Of a DNA stretch of 64,000 nt, positions 8,873 to 19,082 are shown in pieces. The translations under genes were made by a program, and so were the position numbers. The notes below the pieces were generated by a model, which was not told where the DNA came from, ran no database searches, and saw nothing but the letters and a program-made list of their open reading frames with translations. Every line of letters starts with the position of its first letter. Position 1 is the first letter of the stretch. The stretch is from Candidatus Bathyarchaeota archaeon (GTDB lineage Archaea > Thermoproteota > Bathyarchaeia > Bathyarchaeales > Bathycorpusculaceae): positions 1,056,001-1,120,000 of the forward strand of contig CAWEPZ010000011.1 of assembly GCA_963811105.1 (NCBI GenBank). Direction: 5' to 3'.

Positions 8873-10141
8873 ATGAATATAACAGAAAAAATCTTGGCTA
8901 AAGCTTCAGGAAAACAAGTTGTGCACCCACGAGAAATAGTTGATGCAAACGTGGACATGATAATGGTTCATGATTTAACTGGACCTTTGGCTGTAGAAGC
9001 TTTCAAAAAAATAGGCGTACAAAAAGTGTGGGATAACAGGAAAGCAGTGGTCATACTGGACCATCAGGTACCAGCGGAATCAGTTAAAGCTGCAGAACTG
9101 CACAAAACTATGCGGCAATTCGCCAAAGACCAAAAACTACGAATATATGATATTGGCAGAGGCGGTATCTGCCACCAAGTCATGCCGGAAAAAGGACATG
9201 TTGTTCCAGGAACCGTAATTGTTGGTGCTGATTCTCACACTTGCACTTATGGAGCCTTCGGAGCTTTCGCAACTGGCATCGGTTCGACTGAAGCAGCTGC
9301 AGTTTTTGCTACTGGAAAGATTTGGCTGAAAGTTCCCGAAGCAATAAAAGTAAATGTGACTGGAGAATTCCAAGATTTTGTTACTCCAAAAGACTTAGTA
9401 TTATCAATAATAGGGAAAATGAGCGTTGACGGCGCTATATACAAAAGCGTTGAATTCACTGGCCCAACTATAAAGGACATGAGTATAGCGGGAAGAATGA
9501 CAATATGCAACATGGCTGTGGAAATGGGTGCTAAAAACGGCATCATAGAACCAGACGAAACAACCCGCAAGTTCTTAGAAGGCAGAGTCAAGAAGTTGCC
9601 AAACTTTGAATCCTTGAAAAGCGATAAAGATGCAGTATACGAGCGCACAATTGAATTTGACGTTTCAAAGATGGAGCCGCAAGTTGCTTGTCCATCATCA
9701 GTTGACAATGTTAAACCAGTTTCGGAAGTAGGCAACATGCAAATTGAGCAGGCGTTTATCGGATCATGTACCAACGGCAGAATCGAAGATTTACGTTTAG
9801 CTGCTCGAGTCCTGAAAGGAAAACGCGTAAAAGATGGCGTTAGGGCACTGGTGATTCCAGCCTCTCAAGAAGTTTACAAACAAGCCTTAAACGAGGGCTT
9901 ACTAGAAATATTTACAGATGCAGGCGCAATAGTTTGCGGTTCAGCTTGCGGTCCATGCTTAGGTGGACACATCGGACTGTTAGCAGCAGAAGAAATATGC
10001 GTAAGCACTTCAAATCGGAACTTCATCGGGAGAATGGGCAGCACGCTGGCCAGCGTATTCTTGGCTTCGCCTGCAACTGTTGCTGCTTCAGCAATTACAG
10101 GGAAAATTACTGATCCAAGAAAACTGGAGGCAAAGGCATGA
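8873..10141 (+). CDS. leuC: 3-isopropylmalate dehydratase large subunit (archaeal type)
   Basis: GADSHTCT, IGSCTNGRIEDL, CGPCLG, STSNRNF. Confidence 0.93.
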   Translation: MNITEKILAKASGKQVVHPREIVDANVDMIMVHDLTGPLAVEAFKKIGVQKVWDNRKAVVILDHQVPAESVKAAELHKTMRQFAKDQKLRIYDIGRGGICHQVMPEKGHVVPGTVIVGADSHTCTYGAFGAFATGIGSTEAAAVFATGKIWLKVPEAIKVNVTGEFQDFVTPKDLVLSIIGKMSVDGAIYKSVEFTGPTIKDMSIAGRMTICNMAVEMGAKNGIIEPDETTRKFLEGRVKKLPNFESLKSDKDAVYERTIEFDVSKMEPQVACPSSVDNVKPVSEVGNMQIEQAFIGSCTNGRIEDLRLAARVLKGKRVKDGVRALVIPASQEVYKQALNEGLLEIFTDAGAIVCGSACGPCLGGHIGLLAAEEICVSTSNRNFIGRMGSTLASVFLASPATVAASAITGKITDPRKLEAKA

Positions 10142-10641
10142 ACCTGAAAATCGAAGGCGTGGCTATAAAATTCGGAAACAATGTTGACACAGATGTTATT
10201 TTGCCAGGAAAATACCTAATACTGATCGATCCTTACGAATTAGCAAAACATGCATTGGAAAGCTTAGACCCAACGTTCCCTGAAAAAGCAAAAAAAGGCG
10301 TCATTTTAGTCGGGGGCAAAAACTTTGGTTGCGGTTCAAGCAGAGAACAAGCTCCTTTAGCCTTAAAGTTTGCAGGTGTGAAATGCGTGTTAGCGGAATC
10401 TTTCGCAAGGATTTTCTTCCGAAACGCCATTAACATTGGCTTACCAGTAATTGAATGCAAAGGCATATCTAACGCCGTTGAAACAGGCGAAGAATTGGCG
10501 GTAGACTTTGAAGCTGGCAAGATAGAAAATGTTTCACGAGGCAAAAAGTTTCAAGTGGAGAAGCTTCCACCATTTATCTTAGAAATACTAGTTGAGGGCG
10601 GATTGATAGAAAATTTACGAAGGAGAATGAACAAAAAATGA
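10138..10641 (+). CDS. leuD: 3-isopropylmalate dehydratase small subunit
   Basis: NVDTDVILP, NFGCGSSREQA, ESFARIFFRNAIN. Confidence 0.93.
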   Translation: MNLKIEGVAIKFGNNVDTDVILPGKYLILIDPYELAKHALESLDPTFPEKAKKGVILVGGKNFGCGSSREQAPLALKFAGVKCVLAESFARIFFRNAINIGLPVIECKGISNAVETGEELAVDFEAGKIENVSRGKKFQVEKLPPFILEILVEGGLIENLRRRMNKK

Positions 10642-11675
10642 CTGAATACATAATTTCCCTGATTCCTGGCGACGGGATTGGCCCAGAATTAACAGAAGCC
10701 ACCTTGAAAGTTTTAGATGCCGTTAAGAAGAAGTTTGGCATTGAACTTAAAATTGTTGAAGCAGAAGCAGGAGACGCAACTTTAGCTAAAAGAGGTGCAG
10801 CCCTTCCTGCTGAAAGCGTAGAAATAATCAAGGGATCCCACGCTTGTCTAAAAGGACCAGTTGGCGAAACTGCAGCAGATGTCATCGTTAAACTCCGTTT
10901 GATGTTTGATTTGTATGCTAATCTCCGTCCTTTGAAAACTTATCCAAACGTTCCAGTTGCCAGGCCAGACATTGACATGATATTTGTTAGGGAAAACACC
11001 GAGGACGTTTACAAAGGATTGGAATTCGCCATAGGCAACGACACAACCATATGCCTAAGAATAATTACGAGAGGAAATTGTGAACGCATAGCCAAAAAAG
11101 CCTTCGAAATTGCACGCTTACGCAACGGCAAAAAGAAAGTAACTGCTATACACAAAGCGAACGTCATGAGAATAACGGACGGATTATTTGCCAGCGTATG
11201 CCGCGAAACAGCAAAGAGGTACCCAGACATCGCCTTTAACGAATTATATGTTGATGCTGCTTCAATGCGATTGATAAAAGAGCCGCAGGAATTTGATGTC
11301 TTCTGTACCTGCAACATGTTCGGCGACATTCTCTCAGATGAAGCCGCTCAGCTAATCGGCGGGTTAGGCATGGCTCCAGGCGCAAACATAGGTGACAACT
11401 TTGCTCTCTTTGAACCCATCCACGGTTCAGCACCAAACAGAGCAGGGAAACATACAGCAAACCCAATCTCCATGATACTATCTGCGAAAATGATGCTGGA
11501 GTGGATAGGCGAAAAATACAACGATAAAAAAAGCATACAAGCAGGCAAAGCAATAGAGAACGGAGTAATATACGCATTACGTAACGGTCAAACTGTTCCA
11601 GACTGCGGCGGCAACACTACGACCGTGGGAATGGCAGAAGCCATTGCTGCAGCCTTGACAGTGAAAACTGGTTGA
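10638..11675 (+). CDS. leuB: Isopropylmalate/isocitrate-family dehydrogenase
   Basis: IPGDGIGPE, RENTED, NMFGDILSD, EPIHGSAP; operon context. Confidence 0.85.
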   Translation: MTEYIISLIPGDGIGPELTEATLKVLDAVKKKFGIELKIVEAEAGDATLAKRGAALPAESVEIIKGSHACLKGPVGETAADVIVKLRLMFDLYANLRPLKTYPNVPVARPDIDMIFVRENTEDVYKGLEFAIGNDTTICLRIITRGNCERIAKKAFEIARLRNGKKKVTAIHKANVMRITDGLFASVCRETAKRYPDIAFNELYVDAASMRLIKEPQEFDVFCTCNMFGDILSDEAAQLIGGLGMAPGANIGDNFALFEPIHGSAPNRAGKHTANPISMILSAKMMLEWIGEKYNDKKSIQAGKAIENGVIYALRNGQTVPDCGGNTTTVGMAEAIAAALTVKTG

Positions 11676-11679
11676 AAAA

Positions 11680-13203
11680 ATGACAAATAAAACTTCAAAA
11701 CGTATCCGTATTTTTGACACAACATTAAGAGATGGGGAACAAACCCCCGGCGTATCTTTAACTGCAGATGACAAGATTGAGATTGCACGTCAACTGAGCA
11801 AACTAGGCGTTGACATTATTGAAGCCGGTTTTCCAAGTTCATCTGAAGGCGAGAAAAAAGTTGTCGCTCAAATAGCGAAAGACGGTTTGGAACCAGAAAT
11901 TTGTGCACTATCGCGTGCAACCAAAGGCGATATTGATGCCGCCGTTGCCTGCGACGTGGACTTAATCCACGTCTTCATTCCCACTTCGCCCGTACAAATG
12001 AAGTATGCTGTAAACTTAACTCCTGAACAAGTACTTGCCTCAACCATAGAATCTATTGAGCATGTGAAGAAGCACGGCATGAAATGCGAGTTTTCTCCTA
12101 TGGATGCCACACGCTCAGAAATGCCTTTCCTAAAACAAGTTTGCCAAGCAGCAGAAAAAGCAGGCATGGACACTTTAAACGTCCCAGATACTGTGGGAAT
12201 AATGACTCCAAAAACAACCATAAAGCTTATCGAGGAACTCAAAACGGTAGTTAAAGTTCCCGTTAGTACGCATTGTCATGATGACTTTGGTTTGGCGGTT
12301 GCAAACTCCTTAGCTGCTGTTGAAGCAGGCGCTGCCCAAGTGCATGTTGCCATTAACGGTTTAGGTGAGCGAGCAGGTAACGCGTCGCTGGAAGAAGTAG
12401 TTATGGCTTTACATGAGATTTACAATTATAAGACAAACGTAAACACACGGTTATTGTTCAGCACATCCAGAATGGTGGCTTCATTAACTGGCATAGCAGT
12501 GCAAGCGAACAAAGCAATTGTTGGCGAGAACGCGTTTGCCCATGAATCAGGTATTCACACTCGCGGAGTAACAGAGAAACCACTAACGTTTGAGCCGATA
12601 AACCCTGAGTTAGTGGGTCGTACAAGAAAATTAGTTGCTGGAAAACTGGCTGGATCCCGCGGCATAAGAGCTGAGCTAGAAGAGATAGATATTCACCCAA
12701 CTGAAGATCAACTTAAAGAAATTGTACAACGCGTCAAAGAACTCGGGGAAAAGGGCAAGATGATAACTGATGCGGATTTGCTGGCATTAACTTCTGCGGT
12801 TATGGGCGAAGTAATAGGCGAAGAAAAAATCGTTGACTTATGCGACTTGGCAGTTGTAACAGGCATCAAAGTTATCCCAACAGCATCAGTTAGGCTAACT
12901 TTGGACGGCAAAGAGCACATTGCCGCAGAAACGGGAGTTGGCCCAGTAGACGCAGTCTTAAAAGCCATCCAAAAACTAACCAATAACCTAGAAAATATTA
13001 GCCTCAGCGAGTACCGGCTTGAGGCCATCACTGGCGGCTCAAATGCAGTTGCAGAAGTCGTCATAAAAGTTCAAGATGAAAAAGGCAATATCGTTTCAGC
13101 TCGGGCAGCTAGAGAAGACATCGTTATGGCTAGCGTTGAAGCAATGATAAACGGTATAAACAAACTCTTGATAAAGAATCGTAAGCAGGGAAACAAAAAG
13201 TGA
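11680..13203 (+). CDS. leuA: 2-isopropylmalate synthase / citramalate synthase family
   Basis: FDTTLRDGEQTPG, HCHDDFG, GERAGN, HESGIH, C-terminal GVGPVDA regulatory domain; leuA versus cimA not resolvable by eye. Confidence 0.85.
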   Translation: MTNKTSKRIRIFDTTLRDGEQTPGVSLTADDKIEIARQLSKLGVDIIEAGFPSSSEGEKKVVAQIAKDGLEPEICALSRATKGDIDAAVACDVDLIHVFIPTSPVQMKYAVNLTPEQVLASTIESIEHVKKHGMKCEFSPMDATRSEMPFLKQVCQAAEKAGMDTLNVPDTVGIMTPKTTIKLIEELKTVVKVPVSTHCHDDFGLAVANSLAAVEAGAAQVHVAINGLGERAGNASLEEVVMALHEIYNYKTNVNTRLLFSTSRMVASLTGIAVQANKAIVGENAFAHESGIHTRGVTEKPLTFEPINPELVGRTRKLVAGKLAGSRGIRAELEEIDIHPTEDQLKEIVQRVKELGEKGKMITDADLLALTSAVMGEVIGEEKIVDLCDLAVVTGIKVIPTASVRLTLDGKEHIAAETGVGPVDAVLKAIQKLTNNLENISLSEYRLEAITGGSNAVAEVVIKVQDEKGNIVSARAAREDIVMASVEAMINGINKLLIKNRKQGNKK

Positions 13204-14012
13204 AAGTTGCCTTCCAAGGCGAACCAGGAGCATATAGCGAAAGTGCAGTCTTCCAAGTCTTCGGAGAAAATACACAGGTTAAACCATGCAAAGACTTCAA
13301 AGACGTTTTTGAAAACGTCTGCTCAGCGGAAACAAATTTTGGCGTTGTCCCAGTCGAGAACAGCTTAGAAGGCAGCATAAATCAAAACTACGACCTCTTT
13401 CTAAGATATGATTTGAAGGTTTTCGGAGAAGTCATTGTAAAAATCGAGCACTGCCTTATCACAAATCCCGGCACTGCTTTGTCCGACATCAAATTTGTTT
13501 ATTCTCATCCTCAAGCGCTGGCACAGTGCCGAAGCTTCTTGGAGGATTTCGGGCGCGAACTCATACCATCATATGACACAGCCGGAAGCGTCAAGTTGAT
13601 TAAAGAAAAAGGCTTAAAAAACGCTGCGGCGATTGCAAGTGAAAGAGCAGCCAACATATACAGCATGCATATCGTCGCCAAAGACATCGCAGACAACCCT
13701 GAGAACTACACGCGGTTCTTCATCCTTTCAACCGAGGATTCACCCGCATCCGGCAATGATAAAACCTCAATAATTTTCTCCGCAAAACATGAGCCAGGCT
13801 CACTTTATCATGCTATTGGGGAATTCGCTAAAAGAAACATCAACCTTACCAAAATCGAGTCGAGACCCACAAAGAAAACTGCATGGGAATACAATTTCTA
13901 CCTTGACTTTGAAGGACACCGAACCGAACCCATACGTGCAGAAGCCTTGAAAGCTTTGGAGAAATATTCAATTTTTATCAAAATCTTAGGTTCATACCCT
14001 AAAGGCGTTTAA
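13200..14012 (+). CDS. pheA: Prephenate dehydratase
   Basis: AFQGEPGAYSE, PVENSLEG, SHPQALAQC, NYTRF, LTKIESRP. Confidence 0.96.
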   Translation: MKVAFQGEPGAYSESAVFQVFGENTQVKPCKDFKDVFENVCSAETNFGVVPVENSLEGSINQNYDLFLRYDLKVFGEVIVKIEHCLITNPGTALSDIKFVYSHPQALAQCRSFLEDFGRELIPSYDTAGSVKLIKEKGLKNAAAIASERAANIYSMHIVAKDIADNPENYTRFFILSTEDSPASGNDKTSIIFSAKHEPGSLYHAIGEFAKRNINLTKIESRPTKKTAWEYNFYLDFEGHRTEPIRAEALKALEKYSIFIKILGSYPKGV

Positions 14013-14039
14013 CTTCGTAATTTTGGTTTCAATTAGATT

Positions 14040-14394
14040 TTACTTCTTCTCTTTTTTGGGCGGTAATGATGAAACGTACTTTATTGATTTGCCCAACCAT
14101 ATAGCAAAAAATCCATTGTCAGAGTAAAGAATTTTGGAAGAACAACATAACCTTCCATAGCCCTTCCCGGAATTGGTTCAGAGATGCAATAACATCCTTT
14201 CACTTTTTCATTATTTCCGCAATGTCAACGTCCGATAGCCGCAGGAAAGTCTAACACCGTAGACTCCAAAAAACATAATTGCCATTACTAAAATATGCTG
14301 GGTGCCCGAAGATAATGCCGCAATCGCATTTTGTGTCTTTCATTTTTTCTGTTATGGCTCTACAAGTTCCGCCATGGCTTTCGTCCCATTCCAA
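14040..14394 (-). pseudogene. Degraded TfoX/Sxy N-terminal-family gene
   Basis: Minus-strand fragments IFGHPAYFSNGN, EPIPGRAMEGYVVLP and WLGKSIKYVSSLPPKKEKK, interrupted by frameshifts/stops. Confidence 0.6.
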
Positions 14395-14454
14395 AAAATC
14401 AGCTCAGACTATTAAAGCAAAAAATAATTACTTTAGTTTTTCTATCGGTATTTA

Positions 14455-15327
14455 TTACTCTGCAGATTCAAGCATCTTATACATGACATCATAGGACTTC
14501 GCGAAGTCTGTATCAGTCTCTTTTAGCTTTGCCTTCAACTGTTCCATCCGCTCAACGATTGCTTTTGCGTCTTTCTTTCTAATCAGACCCAACCATTCTT
14601 GCGCTTTTGCCATAAACTGGTCTTCGATTTTGCTCAGATCAGGCAAATCTGTTTGCAAACTTGCGTAGAGGTCCGGCGTTTCCAAAGCTGTTGCTTCCGC
14701 CAGAGTGAATAGCATTCGGTAGGTTATGCCTGCCACCTTCTTGGTTTCGGGCAAATTCTTCTGTTCCAAAAGTGTCTCACACGCAACTAAACCAAGAAAA
14801 TGTGGCAAACCGAGAACAACCGACATTAATTCATCATGTTTTTTCGGCGACATAACAAATACGTGAGCTTCCTCTTTCTCCAGCACTTTCTTAAATTCTT
14901 GAGCAAACTTTTCTTCTGCAGCATTTGTTGGGGTTAGGATGTAAGCCTTATGCTTAACGCCGTTGCTTCCTGGCCCAAAAACGGGGTGCGTACCCAGCGC
15001 CAAAGCTTCTTTAATGTTTTCATGCATGAGTTTGACAGGGGTTTCTTTAATTGAGCAGATATCCATTACGATTTGTCCTTTGTGAAGTACTGGAGCAATG
15101 GTTTTGACTACTTCTTCAAAGGCTGTGATAGATACACAGATTAGTACTTGGTCAACGCCAATTACTGCTTCTCTGAAATCAGTGGTTGTATTGATCTGCA
15201 ATTGCTTTTTGAGGTTAGCTATTTTTTCTTTTTTTCTATCAGCCAAAGTAACGGAGTAACCTTTTGAATGATAAAATTTAGCGAACCAAACACCCATTTT
15301 ACCTGCGCCAATTACGGCGATTTTCAT
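14455..15327 (-). CDS. tyrA: Prephenate dehydrogenase
   Basis: IGAGKMG, DICSIKE, HPVFGP, HDELMSVVLGLPH. Confidence 0.93.
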   Translation of the reverse strand: MKIAVIGAGKMGVWFAKFYHSKGYSVTLADRKKEKIANLKKQLQINTTTDFREAVIGVDQVLICVSITAFEEVVKTIAPVLHKGQIVMDICSIKETPVKLMHENIKEALALGTHPVFGPGSNGVKHKAYILTPTNAAEEKFAQEFKKVLEKEEAHVFVMSPKKHDELMSVVLGLPHFLGLVACETLLEQKNLPETKKVAGITYRMLFTLAEATALETPDLYASLQTDLPDLSKIEDQFMAKAQEWLGLIRKKDAKAIVERMEQLKAKLKETDTDFAKSYDVMYKMLESAE

Positions 15328-16403
15328 TTAAGCCCCTCGCTTATTATCTCAAGAGCAGTTTTGATTTCGTTTCTTGGCGCAGTTAACGAAATGCGGAAAT
15401 GTTCTTTGTAATCTCCAAATGCAGTGCCTGGAGCTACTGCTACACCTTTGTCAAGTAAGTCTAAGGTGAATTTTTCCGAGTTTAAACCTGGGCGCTTTGG
15501 AAAAACGTAGAATGGTGCTTCAGGCTTTGTGAAGAAGAAACCTGCTTTTGCCAAAGTTTTGCTTGCCATTTTTGCTCGTTCCTCGTATTCTTCTTTTATG
15601 TTTGTGGCAAGCTGTTTTTGCAGTTCTAGTGCTTTTAATGCTGCTTCTTGAATAAAAACGGGGACGTTGTTGATGGTGATTTGGTTGAGTTTAGTAATGT
15701 TGTCAACAAATCGTTTATTTGCTATTATGTAGCCTATTCTCCATCCAGTCATGCTAAATGTTTTGGAGAACCCTGTTGTGAGAATATGTGTTTGGTCACG
15801 GTCGTATTCCAAGATGCTTTTGGTTTTAACGAAGCTAATTGTTCCGTATACTTCATCTGAGAGGATGGTAACGCTTTTTTTGTTGGCTATTTCTACGATG
15901 CCTTCAAGAGTTTCAGCATCCATAACTTTGCTTGTAGGATTGTTTGGGTTGTTAAGTATTATCATTCGGGTGTCTTTGTCAATCATGCCTTCAAGCTTGT
16001 TCAAGTCGATTTTCCAGCCGTCTTCCATCTCTGTCCGCAGCAGTTTAGTCTTTGCTCCGAGGCTTTTAGCGATTAAATCGTAAGCTGTCCAGTAAGGTGT
16101 AGGGATGATAACGTTTCCTCCACCCTTCATTATAAGATACATGGTTGCGAAAACGCCCCATTTTGAACCAGGCGTAATTACAACGTTTTCAGTGTTAACC
16201 CCATGAAGTTCAGCAAGTTTTTGCCGAAGTTCGCTCTCGCCATAAGAAGAGGAATACTTTGTTTTTCCGGCCTTCATTGAGGCGTAAGCTGCTTCAATTA
16301 TCTCGTTAGGTGTAGCTAAGTCAGGGTCACCTAGGTTCAAGCGTATTATCTTCTTTCCTTCGCTTTCTAGCCTTATGGCTTTCTCATTTATTTCGTAGAG
16401 CAT
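15324..16403 (-). CDS. Class I PLP aminotransferase (aromatic/aspartate)
   Basis: NNPNNPT, SDEVY, GFSKTFSMTGWRIGY. Confidence 0.93.
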   Translation of the reverse strand: MLYEINEKAIRLESEGKKIIRLNLGDPDLATPNEIIEAAYASMKAGKTKYSSSYGESELRQKLAELHGVNTENVVITPGSKWGVFATMYLIMKGGGNVIIPTPYWTAYDLIAKSLGAKTKLLRTEMEDGWKIDLNKLEGMIDKDTRMIILNNPNNPTSKVMDAETLEGIVEIANKKSVTILSDEVYGTISFVKTKSILEYDRDQTHILTTGFSKTFSMTGWRIGYIIANKRFVDNITKLNQITINNVPVFIQEAALKALELQKQLATNIKEEYEERAKMASKTLAKAGFFFTKPEAPFYVFPKRPGLNSEKFTLDLLDKGVAVAPGTAFGDYKEHFRISLTAPRNEIKTALEIISEGLK

Positions 16404-16431
16404 TACTGTTAACTCCCGTTAAGAGTTCTTT

Positions 16432-16692
16432 TTACTGTTGAACAGCACTGCACATATTAACTATTTCGCGGTAAACCGCTTCAATTTGCAGGGGATCAAG
16501 ATTAAATTCAACAGCTTTTTGCTTGACATGCTTATAGAGCTGATTTTCTCTGGAAGTATCTCTTACCTGCATTCCTTGTTTTTTCTTAACTTTTCCAATA
16601 GCCCTGCAGATTTTTGCTCGCTCGTTTAGAGCATTGAGGATTTGCTCGTCAATTTCATCTACTTGTTTTCGAAGTTGTTGGATTTCATTCAT
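16432..16692 (-). CDS. Chorismate mutase (AroQ type)
   Basis: LRKQVDEIDEQIL..R..IGKVK..VRDTSRE. Confidence 0.92.
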   Translation of the reverse strand: MNEIQQLRKQVDEIDEQILNALNERAKICRAIGKVKKKQGMQVRDTSRENQLYKHVKQKAVEFNLDPLQIEAVYREIVNMCSAVQQ

Positions 16693-17801
16693 TATTTTTG
16701 TCTCTCCAAAACTTTCGGTATTAAGCCAGCCCGAATCATTTGGTCAGCTAAGATTATGGCAACCGCGGATTCTATAGCTGGCACAGCTTTTGGAACCACA
16801 CAGGGGTCATGTCTACCCTTGACGGTGAGGCGCGCATCTTTCATTGCAGTTAGGTTAACGGTCTTCTGTTCTTTGCCGATGGAAGGTGTCGGTTTAATTG
16901 CCACTCTCATCAAGATAGGCATGCCATTGGATAACCCACCTAAAATTCCACCCATATTATGTGTGGACGTTGCAACTACCCCGCCCTCCATAACGTAGGG
17001 GTCGTTGGTTTCTGAGCCTTTGAGCTCTGAAATTCTGAAGCCCAAACCGAACTCAACCCCTTTGACCGCGGGAACATTAAACAATGCCTTCGCTAAATCC
17101 GCATCAAGAGAATCAAACAGTGGTTCACCAACACCTACTGGAACATTCAGCACTATACATTCTACTATTCCGCCAAGACTCTCGCCTTCTTTGCGGGCAT
17201 TAACTATAGCCTCTTCCATTCTTTCTGCACAAGCCAAGTCTGGACACCTCGTAGACGCTACATATCTGTTCCTGCGAATTTCTTCTGCACTGAACTTTTT
17301 GTCACTTTTAACTTTGCCAATTGATGTGCTGTAAGCTAACACATCAACATCGAATCTGCCCAGTAGTTTTTTGGCTACTGCTCCAGCCATGATAAGTGCA
17401 ACGGTGACTCTGCCTGAAAAGCGTCCGCCACCACGATAATCTCGAAAGCCCCCATACTTCACATGAGCAGGATAGTCAGAGTGCCCAGGCCTTGGCAGAT
17501 CCTTGATGGCTTCGTAATCATTTGAGTCAACTTCCTTATTTTCAACCATCAACGCTATTGGAGCACCAGTTGTAAACCCATTGAAAACCCCCGATAATAT
17601 CTTTATAACGTCTTTTTCGATTCTTCCAGAAACAATTTTTGGCTCTGCTGGAATGCGCCTGTCCAAGTCCATTTGAATATCTGCTTCTGTAAGAGGCAAG
17701 CCTGCTGGGCAACCGTCCACCACTACGCCAACGACTTTGCCGTGGCTTTCACCGAAACTGGTTACTGTGAACTCTTTACCTATCGAATTTCCCGCCAACA
17801 A
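16692..17801 (-). CDS. aroC: Chorismate synthase
   Basis: SFGESHG, PRPGHSD, RGGGRFSGR, KPTPSI, GRHDPC. Confidence 0.97.
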   Translation of the reverse strand: MLAGNSIGKEFTVTSFGESHGKVVGVVVDGCPAGLPLTEADIQMDLDRRIPAEPKIVSGRIEKDVIKILSGVFNGFTTGAPIALMVENKEVDSNDYEAIKDLPRPGHSDYPAHVKYGGFRDYRGGGRFSGRVTVALIMAGAVAKKLLGRFDVDVLAYSTSIGKVKSDKKFSAEEIRRNRYVASTRCPDLACAERMEEAIVNARKEGESLGGIVECIVLNVPVGVGEPLFDSLDADLAKALFNVPAVKGVEFGLGFRISELKGSETNDPYVMEGGVVATSTHNMGGILGGLSNGMPILMRVAIKPTPSIGKEQKTVNLTAMKDARLTVKGRHDPCVVPKAVPAIESAVAIILADQMIRAGLIPKVLERQK

Positions 17802-19080
17802 TTTCAGCTCCTAATTGTTTTAGATGAGTAAAGAACTGCGGATAAGACTTTCGAACGCACTGCGCATTGTGAATTGTTGTTTGGCTTTCTGCCCGTAATG
17901 CTGCAACTGTGCAAGCCATCGCAATACGGTGGTCATTATGAGGGTCAATAACAGCACCATGAAGTGGAGATAGACCTTCGACAGTAAGACTACTAGAATC
18001 CACAGTTAATTGAGCGCCCATCTTTCCAAGTTCAGCATGAAGCGCTGCTAACCTATCTGACTCTTTGAGTCTGAGCCTTTGCGCTCCAGTAATGTGAGAG
18101 GTGCCTTTGGCATAACAAGCAAGCGTAGTGCAAATTGGGACAAGATCGGGAATATTCTTAGCATCAATATTAACGGCCTCTAGTGGGCTGCCAGATCCAG
18201 CTATTTCAACACTGTCCGAACATACTTTTCCATCAACGCCCATTTGCTTGAGGATTCCCACAATTGCTCTGTCGCCTTGAACGCTATTGTAAACAAGATT
18301 GCTTACTCTAACATTCGAGTTGGTTATGGCCGCTGCAGCTAGAAGAAAAGCAGCTGAAGAGAAATCACCAGGCACTTTGTCATCAATGGGCATGTATGTT
18401 TGGTTGGCTGGGATAAATATTCGTTCGTAGTTTCCATGAATTTCTATGCTTATCCCGTGGTTGAAAAGGACATTTTGCGTCATTCTAACGTAATCTACCG
18501 ACTCAAGCGGCGATGTCACAAGGATTTCGGTGTCCACTTTTGCCATTGGGCAAGCAAACATTAACCCTGAAATAAACTGAGAACTGACGTTGCCGGGAAT
18601 AGAGGTTTCACCTCCAAGAATCCCACCGCCCTGAACGAAGACGGCGTCTTTGTTTCCTATTTTTTTAACGTAAGCTCTAGCACCCAGGTCATCGAGGCTT
18701 TTAAGCAGCGGTTCGATGGGACGGCGTTCAAGAGAACCACCAAAAATCAACAGTGAAGGATCCGGTGTAAGGGCGGCTATGGGTATCATTAAGCGAAACG
18801 TAGTTCCAGATTCGCCGCAGTCAACAGGCTCTTTTGCGTTTTCAAGCGGATTTGCACCAGTAACTGTCCAGCAGCCTTCCGACGAATGCACTTTTGCACC
18901 CAAAGCCGTAACTGCGCGCAACGTTGCTTTTGTATCGTCGGAAAGCAGGGGATTAGAAACCTTTGCAGCCCCATTTGAAAGAGCAGCGGCTATGAGCATT
19001 CGCTGCGTATAAGACTTGGAAGCTGGCGCACAAACCTCGCCACTTAGTTTTTCAGTTTTCTTAACAATAACATCTACCAT
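17776..19080 (-). CDS. aroA: EPSP synthase
   Basis: PASKSYTQR, CGESGTT, SSQFISG, RLKESDR, DHRIAM, KSYP. Confidence 0.97.
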   Translation of the reverse strand: MVDVIVKKTEKLSGEVCAPASKSYTQRMLIAAALSNGAAKVSNPLLSDDTKATLRAVTALGAKVHSSEGCWTVTGANPLENAKEPVDCGESGTTFRLMIPIAALTPDPSLLIFGGSLERRPIEPLLKSLDDLGARAYVKKIGNKDAVFVQGGGILGGETSIPGNVSSQFISGLMFACPMAKVDTEILVTSPLESVDYVRMTQNVLFNHGISIEIHGNYERIFIPANQTYMPIDDKVPGDFSSAAFLLAAAAITNSNVRVSNLVYNSVQGDRAIVGILKQMGVDGKVCSDSVEIAGSGSPLEAVNIDAKNIPDLVPICTTLACYAKGTSHITGAQRLRLKESDRLAALHAELGKMGAQLTVDSSSLTVEGLSPLHGAVIDPHNDHRIAMACTVAALRAESQTTIHNAQCVRKSYPQFFTHLKQLGAEIVGGKFDR

Positions 19081-19082
19081 TA

